Source: a virus (taxonomy: Duplodnaviria; Caudoviricetes). From it: a stretch of 63,441 nt of DNA. The notes under the pieces were generated by a model. It had not been told where the DNA came from and did not search any database. It saw only the letters and a program-made list of their open reading frames with translations. This document shows, piece after piece, positions 22,794 to 31,851 of the stretch; position 1 is the stretch's first letter, and each line of letters opens with the position of its first letter. The stretch lies in IMG/VR virus record IMGVR_UViG_3300035703_000091, positions 1-63,441 of that record. One strand, 5' to 3'. Made by a program: the position numbers and the translations under genes.

Positions 22794-24979
22794 CAGTCGT
22801 TCATCCTCGCCGACTGCTCACGGCGAGCCTTCTGCTCGAGGCGCTTCATGACGGCCTCGGCGACGGCGTTGGGGTCGCCCGCGCCCTGAACATAGAGGTG
22901 GATCGTGTCGCCGCCCGCCTGAGCCGGCGCGACGGCGATGCCCCCCGACAGCGCGGCGATCAGCGCGGCCGTCGCCTTGGCCGGGATGATCGTGCCGGAT
23001 CGACCGGGCGCGAAAAGTTCCTGGCCCTGCTCGTTGATCTGGTAGAGCGAGCCGCGTGTCACGCCGCCGCCGCGGGCACGACGGCCCACACCACCGGCTC
23101 CGAAGTTGTCGCCAGACGGGTTACCGAGGTCGGGCAGGTCACCGGCCGGGCGCATCGTGAAAAGGTTGCGGACGGCGGTGATCGCCACCTTCAGCCCTTC
23201 GATGAACCTCATGACCTTGTTCGTCATGCCCCCGATGACCGCGCCGAACGCCTCGCCCGCAGACTTCCACTTCTCGGTCTCGGCCGGGGCGAACAGGCTA
23301 CCTAGCCAACCGAACACGGCGCCCAGGGCGTCGCGCAGAAGTTCCAGCGGCAGCAGCGCGATCCTGAACGCCCCCGCCAGAACCGACCCGAAGGTCTGAA
23401 GACGTGCCATGCCCTCGGGGCCGACCGCGTCGGCGAAGCCCTGCTTCATGCCGTCGAAGAACGCCTTGAAGCCGCTCCACTTCGACACGATCCACGCGAC
23501 CGCCACACCCAAAGCCCCGATGGCCAGCGCCAGAGGCCAGGCGGTGACGGCCGCCGCGGCGAAGCCGTAGCGGGCGGCGATCATGGCGATCCGCAGCGGG
23601 GCGAACCGCATCAGCAGGCTCCCGATGAAGCCCCCAAGTTTGAACAGGCCGGTCCCGAGCCGAAGCGCCATGGTCGCGAGACCACCGAACAGCCAGACCA
23701 CGACCAGGCCGACCACGCGCAGGCCGATCAGAGCCGCGGTGACGCCGACGATCGCTTTGGTCAGGCCGGGGTTGCGCTCGGCCCACAGGGCAACCTTGCC
23801 GGCCACCTTGGCCAGCCACTCCGCGCCGGATGCGAGCGCCGGAAGCAGGGTCGAGCCGATCGTGATGGCCAGCGACTCGATTGCCGCGCGGAAGCGCCCC
23901 AGCGACGTGCGCGTGGTCCCGCTGATGCGCTTCCAGTCGGCCTCGAGCACGCCGGACGCGGCGCGCGAGGCGTCCTTGATCCGCTCGTACTCCTTGCGGT
24001 GCTGAAGCAGGGCAAGGGCGGCTTGGCGGGCCTGGCGGTCGGGGAACAGCTTCGTCAGGGCGATGGCGTCCGAGCCGTCCTTCGTCAGGCGGCCGATCTC
24101 GTCGAGCATCATGTCGACGAAGTCCGCGCCGGTCTCCTGCGACTTCTTGAACATCGCGCCGATGTCGACGCCCAGCTTCGAGAAGTGCTGCTGGGTCTCG
24201 TTCCCCGTCAACTTGTCGAGGAAGTTTAGCAGGTTGTTCTCGGCTTCCTCGGCGTCGCGCGCGTTCTTGCGCGTGATCTGAAGCATGGCCGCCATTCGGT
24301 TCACGCCGTCCAGACCCTTCATGCCGAGCAGCGAGGCGCGCGACGACAGGCCGGGGAAGGCCCGCGCCATGCTGTCGATCTCGAAGCGGCCCTCCTTGCC
24401 CGCCTTGGACATGATGTCGAAGGCGCGGCCGAGTTCGCTGACCGAGACCTTCAGGTTGTCCACGACGGCGATGGCGGCCTGCGACGCCTCGAGCCTGTCG
24501 ACGCCGGCGGTTCGGGCCAGCATCAGCGTCGGGTCAAGCATCCCGATCGCGGTCTGGAACGAGTCCATGCCGTCCGCCTGAATGCCGGACTGCACGAAGT
24601 CGTTCAGCGCGCCCAGGGCCTCACGCGCGCCGATGCCGTACTTCTTGCCCGCGGCGACGGCAGCACGGCCGCCGGCGTCCAGGCGTCGGCCGTGAACCTC
24701 GGCGGTGTTGCCGACGCGGACGAGCGCGTCCTCGAACTCGACGGCCGGGCGCATGAACTCGAGCAGGCCGTAGCCCAGCATCCCCGCCTCGAAGATGCCC
24801 TGGGTGCGGTTGCCCGCCCCAGCCTCGAGGCTCGACTGCAACCGCGTCATCTCCGCGTTCATGACGCGGAGGCGCTGGCCCATCTGTGCGAAGCGTCGCT
24901 CGGTCGCGGTCGCGGCGGCGTTGACGCTCGCCCCGACCTTGGCGCCGATGTTGACGAATACGTTCAGACCGCGGGCCAT
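22793..24979 (-). CDS. Tail tape measure protein
   Basis: 728 aa Ala/Gly-rich, AGKEGRFEI, hydrophobic C-terminal half, position. Confidence 0.9.
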   Translation of the reverse strand: MARGLNVFVNIGAKVGASVNAAATATERRFAQMGQRLRVMNAEMTRLQSSLEAGAGNRTQGIFEAGMLGYGLLEFMRPAVEFEDALVRVGNTAEVHGRRLDAGGRAAVAAGKKYGIGAREALGALNDFVQSGIQADGMDSFQTAIGMLDPTLMLARTAGVDRLEASQAAIAVVDNLKVSVSELGRAFDIMSKAGKEGRFEIDSMARAFPGLSSRASLLGMKGLDGVNRMAAMLQITRKNARDAEEAENNLLNFLDKLTGNETQQHFSKLGVDIGAMFKKSQETGADFVDMMLDEIGRLTKDGSDAIALTKLFPDRQARQAALALLQHRKEYERIKDASRAASGVLEADWKRISGTTRTSLGRFRAAIESLAITIGSTLLPALASGAEWLAKVAGKVALWAERNPGLTKAIVGVTAALIGLRVVGLVVVWLFGGLATMALRLGTGLFKLGGFIGSLLMRFAPLRIAMIAARYGFAAAAVTAWPLALAIGALGVAVAWIVSKWSGFKAFFDGMKQGFADAVGPEGMARLQTFGSVLAGAFRIALLPLELLRDALGAVFGWLGSLFAPAETEKWKSAGEAFGAVIGGMTNKVMRFIEGLKVAITAVRNLFTMRPAGDLPDLGNPSGDNFGAGGVGRRARGGGVTRGSLYQINEQGQELFAPGRSGTIIPAKATAALIAALSGGIAVAPAQAGGDTIHLYVQGAGDPNAVAEAVMKRLEQKARREQSARMND

Positions 24980-25119
24980 CAGCTTGCCTTGTTAATCCGC
25001 TCCTCCAACTTCATCGCCGCGGTGACGGCGCTGCTGAAGTCGTCGACCTCAAGGTCAAGAATGGCGGGCCAGGTGAAGCCGCCCTTGCTGACCTTCATCA
25101 GGAGCAGAGCGGCTTCCAT
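24979..25119 (-). CDS. Tail assembly chaperone downstream ORF (gpE'/gpT-like)
   Basis: 46-aa ORF (FTWPAILDLEVDDF) between chaperone and tape measure; TGA overlaps the tape-measure ATG. Confidence 0.65.
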   Translation of the reverse strand: MEAALLLMKVSKGGFTWPAILDLEVDDFSSAVTAAMKLEERINKAS

Positions 25120-25132
25120 GAACCCTTCCTCG

Positions 25133-25420
25133 TCAGGAAGCGCCGCCCCGAAAGGACTCGTACTGTTCCTGCACCTTCGTCGCGTCGTACTCGTCGAGTT
25201 CGGCGACGTGCTCCGGCGTCCAGGCGACCTCGCCGGTTTTGCAGAGACGGGCCAGCAGGGCCATGTTCTGCTCGACCTGATCGCCCTTCTGACGCCGGGC
25301 CCACAGGGTGTCGGCCACCTTCGGGCGGCGGATCGTGACGAACTTCAGGGTGTCGCCGTCGATGGTGACGGGGAACTCGAGGTCGATCGTGACCTCGAGG
25401 CGCTTGTCGAAGGTGCTCAT
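25133..25420 (-). CDS. Tail assembly chaperone (gpE/Mu gp41-like)
   Basis: LEFPV...IRRPKVAD...LARLC...LDEYD. Confidence 0.85.
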   Translation of the reverse strand: MSTFDKRLEVTIDLEFPVTIDGDTLKFVTIRRPKVADTLWARRQKGDQVEQNMALLARLCKTGEVAWTPEHVAELDEYDATKVQEQYESFRGGAS

Positions 25421-25443
25421 CTTCTCTCCTTATGAGCGGTGAA

Positions 25444-25938
25444 TCAGCGGCCGAGGGCGGCGCGCTGGGCGGCCAGTTGGTCGACTCCGCCCACGACCCG
25501 CACCATGTTCGGCACGTCGATCACGAGCAGGTCAGCACCGGCCTGGTTCCAGCGGAAGTAGTCGACCGCGATCTCGAACTCCGGCTTGTTCATGTCGCCG
25601 GCCTTCCACGAACCGGCCATGAAGCCCTTCGTGCGGCCGCCGAGTTCGACGAGAACCGGGATGGTCACGCGGGTCTGGTCGTTGACCAGGGCGCCGCGAA
25701 GCTGGATACGACGGCCGGCGTTCAGGTTCTTGATGACGTCGGCGGGGTACTCGGCGAACGTCAGCTTGGCCGACATCACCTCCTGGCCCATCTCGATCTC
25801 GTAGGGGGCGTCCATGCCCCCGCCGCGATGCTCCTCCATCTTGAACTTGATGTCGGGCAGTTGGGCTTCCTCGCACAGCCCGGCGTAGCCGATGCCGTCG
25901 ATCGAGCAGTTCCAGTTTTTGAGGACGCTGGGGATCAT
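25444..25938 (-). CDS. Major tail tube protein (P2 FII-like)
   Basis: LKNWN, EEHRGGGMD, IDVPNMVRVVGGVD. Confidence 0.92.
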   Translation of the reverse strand: MIPSVLKNWNCSIDGIGYAGLCEEAQLPDIKFKMEEHRGGGMDAPYEIEMGQEVMSAKLTFAEYPADVIKNLNAGRRIQLRGALVNDQTRVTIPVLVELGGRTKGFMAGSWKAGDMNKPEFEIAVDYFRWNQAGADLLVIDVPNMVRVVGGVDQLAAQRAALGR

Positions 25939-25944
25939 CTGCTC

Positions 25945-27372
25945 TTATCCGAAGATGTTGATGACGTAGTCGGCCACGATCGAGGACTCGAACGTGACGC
26001 GCTCCGCCGGGGTCGGCGGGGTGAAGTCGTAGGAGAAGGTGACGTGACCGGCCTGAATGTCGGCGTCGGTGTTCTTGGCCGGGTCGACCCAGCACTCACC
26101 GCCTAGGATCGCGCCACGCGCCTTCAGTTGGCGCATGTAGGCGTTGACCGAGGCCACGACGTCCTCGAAGTACGCCTTGTTGATGACCTTGTCGACGGCG
26201 TAGCGGTGCGCCTTCTGGATCGACAGGTCGATCATGTCCTTGGTCCGCGAGACGGACAGGAAGGCGTAGAGCGCGTCGGACGAAGCGGTGCGGTTGCCCC
26301 ACAGACGCCAGCCCTCGTCGCGGATGAAGGTCGCGATCTCGTTCTCGTTCAGCAGGTTCGCGCGCGTGTTCGGATCGCCCAGCGCCCAATCGACGGGGCG
26401 GTCCAGGCCGCCGATGCCGTTGACGGTCTCGTTCGAGGGCGACTTCCAGAAGCCGATCTCGTGGTCGATGCGGGCGATCAGGCCGGCGGCGCGCGGCGAG
26501 TTCGGCTTGGAGACGTAGGCCGCGGCCACGGTGTCGTACACCTTGACCTTCGGGTCCACGATGTAGACCCGGCGCGAGCCCCAATCGTTGCGATAGGCTA
26601 GCGCGGCCGCGTCGGTCGTGCTGGGGCCTTCGGCGATGATGTGGGCCTTGAACTGATTGGCCAGCGGCAGCAGGGCCGACACGACCGGGTTCGCGGCGGA
26701 GCCCGTGGTGGCGGTCGCCGCGGCGCCCGTGCCGCCGCCGCCAGTGAAGGCGATGGTCGGGGCTTCGGTCAGGTGACGGCCAGGATTGGTGATCGTGACG
26801 GCCACGACCTTGCCCGCGTCGGCGCCCGTGCCGAGGACAGCCACGGCGGTCGGCAGCACCTTGTTCGGGTCCGTGCCGCCGCCCGTGAACGCCACGGTCG
26901 GGGCGGAGGTGTAGCCCGTGCCCTGGTTGGACAGGGTGATCGAGACCACGCCGGTCGGGCGGTCGCCCGTGAAGCCGGGCGCAATCAGGAGCATCGGCTG
27001 CACGCCGGTCTCAGTCTCGGCCGCGCGGAACGCCTGCACGCCCAGAAGAGCGCCGTTCATGTCCACGCCGCCGATGATGTTGGCGACCGTCTCGCCTTCA
27101 TTGGCGCCGGCGTCGACGCGGACGACCACGACGAAGGGCGAGAACTGATCGAAGATGCCGTCCAGGGCATCCTTCAGGGTTCCGGTCGCACCGATCTGGG
27201 CGTAGCCGGATCGGGAGTTTACCAGGACCGGGGTGTCCAGCGGGAAGGCGTCTTCATCGGCCGCCGGGGCGGTGCCGATCAGGCCGATGACGGCGCTGCG
27301 GACGGTCTGGATCGGGCGAGGGCCACGGTCGACCGTGACCACCTCAACGCCATGCAGAAAATCGGTCGCCAT
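25945..27372 (-). CDS. Tail sheath protein (P2 FI-like)
   Basis: FLHGVEV, GFWKSPSN, GWRLWGNRT; internal Gly/Thr-rich insertion. Confidence 0.93.
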   Translation of the reverse strand: MATDFLHGVEVVTVDRGPRPIQTVRSAVIGLIGTAPAADEDAFPLDTPVLVNSRSGYAQIGATGTLKDALDGIFDQFSPFVVVVRVDAGANEGETVANIIGGVDMNGALLGVQAFRAAETETGVQPMLLIAPGFTGDRPTGVVSITLSNQGTGYTSAPTVAFTGGGTDPNKVLPTAVAVLGTGADAGKVVAVTITNPGRHLTEAPTIAFTGGGGTGAAATATTGSAANPVVSALLPLANQFKAHIIAEGPSTTDAAALAYRNDWGSRRVYIVDPKVKVYDTVAAAYVSKPNSPRAAGLIARIDHEIGFWKSPSNETVNGIGGLDRPVDWALGDPNTRANLLNENEIATFIRDEGWRLWGNRTASSDALYAFLSVSRTKDMIDLSIQKAHRYAVDKVINKAYFEDVVASVNAYMRQLKARGAILGGECWVDPAKNTDADIQAGHVTFSYDFTPPTPAERVTFESSIVADYVINIFG

Positions 27373-27401
27373 CGGGCGGGTGCCTCCTAGAAGTTAGCTG
27401 G

Positions 27402-27446
27402 ACGATAGACCCTCACGCCCTGATCTTCGTGGCGGGTCTGGTCGCC
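27402..27446 (-). promoter_or_regulatory. Putative late promoter (activator box + TANNGT)
   Basis: Plus-strand CGTGGCGGGTCTGGTCGCC shared with 37429 and 44195; minus-strand TATCGT 20 nt downstream. Confidence 0.55.
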
Positions 27447-28055
27447 CTAAAGGTGGATGCAGGCCAGCAAGGCCACGTTGCGGGGGCGGTTCTCGGTGCC
27501 GGCGTTCTGATCGACGGTGACGGCTGCGCCAGCATTGTTCGACGACGCAGGCTTGGACGCCGAGCCGTTGTTGACGCTCGAGGCGTTGCTGATCGGGTGA
27601 GTGTGCGGGCCGATCATCTCGGCCTGGGCCGAAGCCAGGCCACGCCCGGAGTCGATGCCGCGGCCGTCGTCCAGCCCGCGCACGAACTCGCCCCGAAGGT
27701 CGGGCAGGGTCAGGCGCTTGTGCGCGGCCCAATCCGCAGCAGCCGAGGCTCCGCGGGTGGAGCCGGCGCCAGCCGACGTCAGGATCGCGAGCGTCGTGTC
27801 GGCCCACAGGGCGTTGAACAGAGACTCGGTGTCGGCGTTGGCGCGACTCGCGCCCGACGAGGCGTTGCCGATGGTGGAGCCGTTGGCCTTCAGCCACCCG
27901 GTCGGTGCGGTCGTGCGCGCAAACCAGGCCACTGCGCCCGTGTAGCCGGCAGTCGCCAGCGCCGTCACGTCCGCCTTGGCTGAGAGCGCGGTCGTGACCT
28001 CGGATGAACTTACAGGGGTGGCAATCGCTCGCTGCCACGCGCGGGAACCAGGCAT
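27447..28055 (-). CDS. Tail collar domain protein (second copy)
   Basis: GAVAWFARTTAPTGWLKANG...LPDLRGEFVRGLDDGRG...ENRPRNVAL. Confidence 0.85.
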   Translation of the reverse strand: MPGSRAWQRAIATPVSSSEVTTALSAKADVTALATAGYTGAVAWFARTTAPTGWLKANGSTIGNASSGASRANADTESLFNALWADTTLAILTSAGAGSTRGASAAADWAAHKRLTLPDLRGEFVRGLDDGRGIDSGRGLASAQAEMIGPHTHPISNASSVNNGSASKPASSNNAGAAVTVDQNAGTENRPRNVALLACIHL

Positions 28056-28076
28056 TACGGTCTAGCGGGCCCCCAT

Positions 28077-29399
28077 TCAGGTTTTGATGCAGATGAGCAC
28101 GGCGACGTTGCGAGGCCGCGTCTCGGCGCCGCCGGCGGCGGCGGTCTGGTACGGCGCAACGAACTCGACGCCGCCCAGGCCGGTCGTGGTGAAGCCCGAG
28201 CCGCCCTCGCCGGACGCCGCGGGCGGTGTGACGTTGTGGACGTGCGACTTGATCTCGTCGGCTTGCGTCGATCCGAACACCCGCCCGGCGTCGACGCCGC
28301 GGCCGTTGTCCCAGCCGCGCAGGAACTCGCCGCGGAAGTCGGGAAGCCGAAAGTCCGAGCCGGATTCTCCGCCCGTGTTGAAGGCCGTGCCGATGGCGTT
28401 GAACAGCGCGGCATAGGTGGTCCGAGCGACGACCTGGCCGTTGCAGGGCAGGTAGCCCGTAGGGGCGGTCGATCGCGCGAAGGTCTTGATCTCGCCCGGC
28501 TGCGCGGCGGCCAGAACCGCAGCCGCGATAGCCGCGTCGACCTCGGACTTCGTGTAGGTCGTCGACGTGTTGGCCTTGCCGCCCAGGAGGGTGTTCGCCT
28601 CCGTCTTCGTGTAGACCTCGGCTTTCTGGTAGTAGCGAGCGTCCGACTGCGTCTTGGTGAAGACGTTCGCCAGCGTCACGGCTCCGAACTTCACCCAGGA
28701 CACGACGTCCCCAGCAGTCAGTGCGCCGGGGAGACCGATGGACGTGCCGGAGGTGGTGACGACGTCGGACGCCGGCAGCGTTACGCCATTTATCGCCACG
28801 ACGATGTTGCCGGGATCGTAGCCGCCGTCGACGGCGACGGAAGTCTCGCCACCGGCCGCCGTGAACTCCTGTTGCTCCAAGATGCCGGACACGGCCGAGC
28901 CGGCGTCCTGCCAGGACGTGCCGGTGTAGACCCGCATCCGGTTCAGCACCGTGTCAAAGTAGGTCGCGCCGGCCGTGACGGGGTCGCCGTTATCGTCGGT
29001 CGTCGGAGCCGCATCGCGGGCTCCCAGATACTTCGAGCGATAGGCGACCAGGGCCGTCGCCATCTTGGCCAGGGTGTCGAACTCAGTGACGACGCCGTCG
29101 CGCACTAACGCAAGAACGGCCGCCGCCTGTTCGGCCTTGAAGGTGTCCTCGGAGTATTCGTCCTGAAGGCCCTTCAGGTAGGCGTCGATGCTCTCCGCGT
29201 CCTCGAAGATCGGGATGAGCGCCTCGGCGAGCCGCTCGAGACCGACTTGCCGCAGTTGCTCGATCGCCGCGAGGAAGTCAGGCTGGATCGCCTCGACTGC
29301 GCGGAAGCGCGCGTCGATGTGCGCCATGGCCCGGTTCATCCGGGCTGGCGTCGCGGCCGGATCAGCGGCGAAGTCGAGGGCGGCGGGAAGCGTGGTCAT
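28077..29399 (-). CDS. Tail fiber protein with C-terminal collar domain
   Basis: PGEIKTFARSTAPTGYLPCNG...LPDFRGEFLRGWD...ETRPRNVA. Confidence 0.88.
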   Translation of the reverse strand: MTTLPAALDFAADPAATPARMNRAMAHIDARFRAVEAIQPDFLAAIEQLRQVGLERLAEALIPIFEDAESIDAYLKGLQDEYSEDTFKAEQAAAVLALVRDGVVTEFDTLAKMATALVAYRSKYLGARDAAPTTDDNGDPVTAGATYFDTVLNRMRVYTGTSWQDAGSAVSGILEQQEFTAAGGETSVAVDGGYDPGNIVVAINGVTLPASDVVTTSGTSIGLPGALTAGDVVSWVKFGAVTLANVFTKTQSDARYYQKAEVYTKTEANTLLGGKANTSTTYTKSEVDAAIAAAVLAAAQPGEIKTFARSTAPTGYLPCNGQVVARTTYAALFNAIGTAFNTGGESGSDFRLPDFRGEFLRGWDNGRGVDAGRVFGSTQADEIKSHVHNVTPPAASGEGGSGFTTTGLGGVEFVAPYQTAAAGGAETRPRNVAVLICIKT

Positions 29400-29411
29400 C
29401 AGGCTTGGGCC

Positions 29412-29588
29412 TTAGTCGGCCGGCGTAATGGTCTTGGCGACGCCGTCCTCGAGCATGGCGAGCAGAATGCTCTCGTTGACCGTCACGTCCTGCGACGGCT
29501 TGTAGCGGAAGCCCTCATGCTCCCACACCCGGTCCAGAGCGACCTTGTAGTAGCCGCTCTTGGACTTCTTGTATTTGGCCTCGGCCAT
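29412..29588 (-). CDS. Hypothetical protein (58 aa)
   Basis: AGGAGAG RBS; fills gap in the tail operon. Confidence 0.7.
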   Translation of the reverse strand: MAEAKYKKSKSGYYKVALDRVWEHEGFRYKPSQDVTVNESILLAMLEDGVAKTITPAD

Positions 29589-29600
29589 CGGTCTCTCTCC

Positions 29601-31850
29601 TTAGAGCGCGTAGTCCTTGCGCCAGCCGAAGTGGAAGGTGCGGAGCACCGAGTCGGTCGTGGCCTCGAACTGAATCTTGTAGGCGTCGATGCCGGCGCCC
29701 AGGTTGAACAGCCAGGTCCGCTCGATCGAGCCGTCCTCGGCCACGACGTCCACGAAGGACGAGGCATTCGTGACGGTCGTGAAACCGGCGCCGCTCCGCA
29801 GCTTGCAGGTCGCGGTGTGGTGGACGGCGTCGAACGTCTCGAGGCGACCAATGACGCGAATCTGCGTCGAGGAGGCCGGCAGGGTGCGCTCGGTCGAGAT
29901 GTGCGTCAGCGAGGTCCGCGGACGCGAGACCCGAACGCGCGAACCCGTCAGCTTGACGGCCGGCATCACGTCAGGCGTGCCGGTGAAGACGGCCCGCAGC
30001 GGAACCAGGGGCGGGACGTTGCCGCCCGCGCCCAGGACCGACTCGTCGGTCTCGGAGATCGGAGTCCAGACGTTGCCGACCTGAATCTCGAAGGTCAGTT
30101 CGGTCGAATCCGGCACGATGGCGTCGGCCAGAATGTCCAGAGTCGTGATGCCGCCAGACAGTTGCAGGGGAGCCATCTCGATCACGGCGCGCGACTGCGA
30201 GAAGCGGGCCGAGTAGAGCGAGAAGCACAGGTCGCGCGTGCCGTCGCCCTGCTGGTAAGCGCCGTCGAGGACGTAGAAGAACGTGCCCTGCGGGAAGTTC
30301 TCGCCGTTGGTCGTGGCGAGCCAGTGGTCCGCAGCGGCGATGATGACGATGGCGTAGCGCACGCCGCCCTTCAGGAAGGCCGGCTGCACGGGGATGACCG
30401 TCTCAGCGTTCAGCACCAGGCTCGAGCGGTCGACCTCGGTGTACGAGATGACCTTCGACAGGTCGGGGGCTCCGCGGTAGGTCTCGCAGACGGCCAGCGT
30501 GACGCCGCCCGTCGCCGCCAGGCGCGTGAAGTTCAGGCCGACGCTGGTCAGCCACATGTCGTTCGCGTTCAGGAACGTCTCGGCGACCTGGGCGCCGGGC
30601 ACGCTGTGGTCGACCGTGACCCGCTCCCAATAGGGCTCTTGGATCGTGTCGTACCAGAAGCGGCGGACGCGCACGATGTCGTGGGCGCCGACCGAGCGCG
30701 TGGCGTTGAAGACGTTGAAGGTTTCGCCGTTCCGCTGGAAGGTCTCGGTCTCGTAGTCGTACCGGCCCGACTGCCACCAGGCGGTGTTCGAGCAGACCGT
30801 GAAGGACTCGCCGTAGCGGATGCGCGTGCGCGACATGGTCTTCTGGACCATCTCGTGCGTCTGATAGCTGTAGGCGCTGACCTGAACCTCGCCCTGGCGC
30901 GGCCCCACGGCAAGACGGACGTCCTGGGTGTAGGCCGGGAACATGACGCCGCCTGTGATGCGGGCGCGCGGGTTCAGGGCGTCGAAAATCTGAAGGGCCG
31001 ACTCGTTGGCCGCGTCGTTGGCGAAGCGGATGCCCTCTTCGACCAAGGCCAGGAAGTTCGGGTGGGTGAGGTCGGACTCCTCGGTGTCGAGGAAGAAGTC
31101 GGCGTCGCTGTCGGAGGCGTTGGACGGGATGCCCGACTTCTCTTCCAGCACGGCCAGGCGCGCAACGATGCGGCCGTAGGTCTCGCGTCCGACATTGCCG
31201 GAGGCGGTGCTCGTCAGAGCGGCGATGTCCGAAGCCAGAGACGCGACTTGCGGCTCGGTGCGGGTGCGGAACGCCTCGAGGGCCGCAGAGCGGGCCGCGA
31301 CGCTCTTGACGCTGTCGAGGGCGTTGGCCGCGATCATCTCGACCGACTGAATGCCGGTCGGCGACAGGACGATGCGGGCGATCGGCAGAACGCCGACGTC
31401 CACGATGGGGTCCAGCGGGTCGGCGTTCTCGGAGCCCAGCACGACGTTGACGTTGGCGATGCGGGCCAGTTCGGTCGCGACGACGCGCGGCTCCGAGGCG
31501 CCGGTCTCCTCGTTGATGAGGAACTCGCGGGGCGTGTTCGCCGTCTCGACCTCGGTGCCGAAGGCGACGATCAGGGCGATCTTGCGCGCGGCGACCGGCA
31601 GGCGGGTCGTGAAGTCCTCGACCAGGGTGGTCGCACGGGCATAGACCTTGCCGCCCACATAGAGGCGACCCGGCTGCACGGTGAGGACCGCGGTGCCCGT
31701 GGCGGCGGCTCCGAAGCCGGCGTATTTGCGCTGGTCGGTGATCCCGTCCGCGACGACGTGCTCCATCGACTGCTGAACGAAGTCCTGAATGGTGTTCAGG
31801 TCTTCGGCGTCGTTGTCCATCCCGTCTTGGGAGATGAAGCGACTTTCCAT
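29601..31850 (-). CDS. Large baseplate/tail structural protein
   Basis: 749 aa beta-rich, VAETF motif, position after tail protein I. Confidence 0.7.
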   Translation of the reverse strand: MESRFISQDGMDNDAEDLNTIQDFVQQSMEHVVADGITDQRKYAGFGAAATGTAVLTVQPGRLYVGGKVYARATTLVEDFTTRLPVAARKIALIVAFGTEVETANTPREFLINEETGASEPRVVATELARIANVNVVLGSENADPLDPIVDVGVLPIARIVLSPTGIQSVEMIAANALDSVKSVAARSAALEAFRTRTEPQVASLASDIAALTSTASGNVGRETYGRIVARLAVLEEKSGIPSNASDSDADFFLDTEESDLTHPNFLALVEEGIRFANDAANESALQIFDALNPRARITGGVMFPAYTQDVRLAVGPRQGEVQVSAYSYQTHEMVQKTMSRTRIRYGESFTVCSNTAWWQSGRYDYETETFQRNGETFNVFNATRSVGAHDIVRVRRFWYDTIQEPYWERVTVDHSVPGAQVAETFLNANDMWLTSVGLNFTRLAATGGVTLAVCETYRGAPDLSKVISYTEVDRSSLVLNAETVIPVQPAFLKGGVRYAIVIIAAADHWLATTNGENFPQGTFFYVLDGAYQQGDGTRDLCFSLYSARFSQSRAVIEMAPLQLSGGITTLDILADAIVPDSTELTFEIQVGNVWTPISETDESVLGAGGNVPPLVPLRAVFTGTPDVMPAVKLTGSRVRVSRPRTSLTHISTERTLPASSTQIRVIGRLETFDAVHHTATCKLRSGAGFTTVTNASSFVDVVAEDGSIERTWLFNLGAGIDAYKIQFEATTDSVLRTFHFGWRKDYAL

Positions 31851-31851
31851 C

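Noticed and set aside
27447-29399. Diversity-generating retroelement or invertible fiber cassette
   Set aside because: No reverse transcriptase or invertase; the two collar copies are co-oriented and differ at all base types, not only adenines
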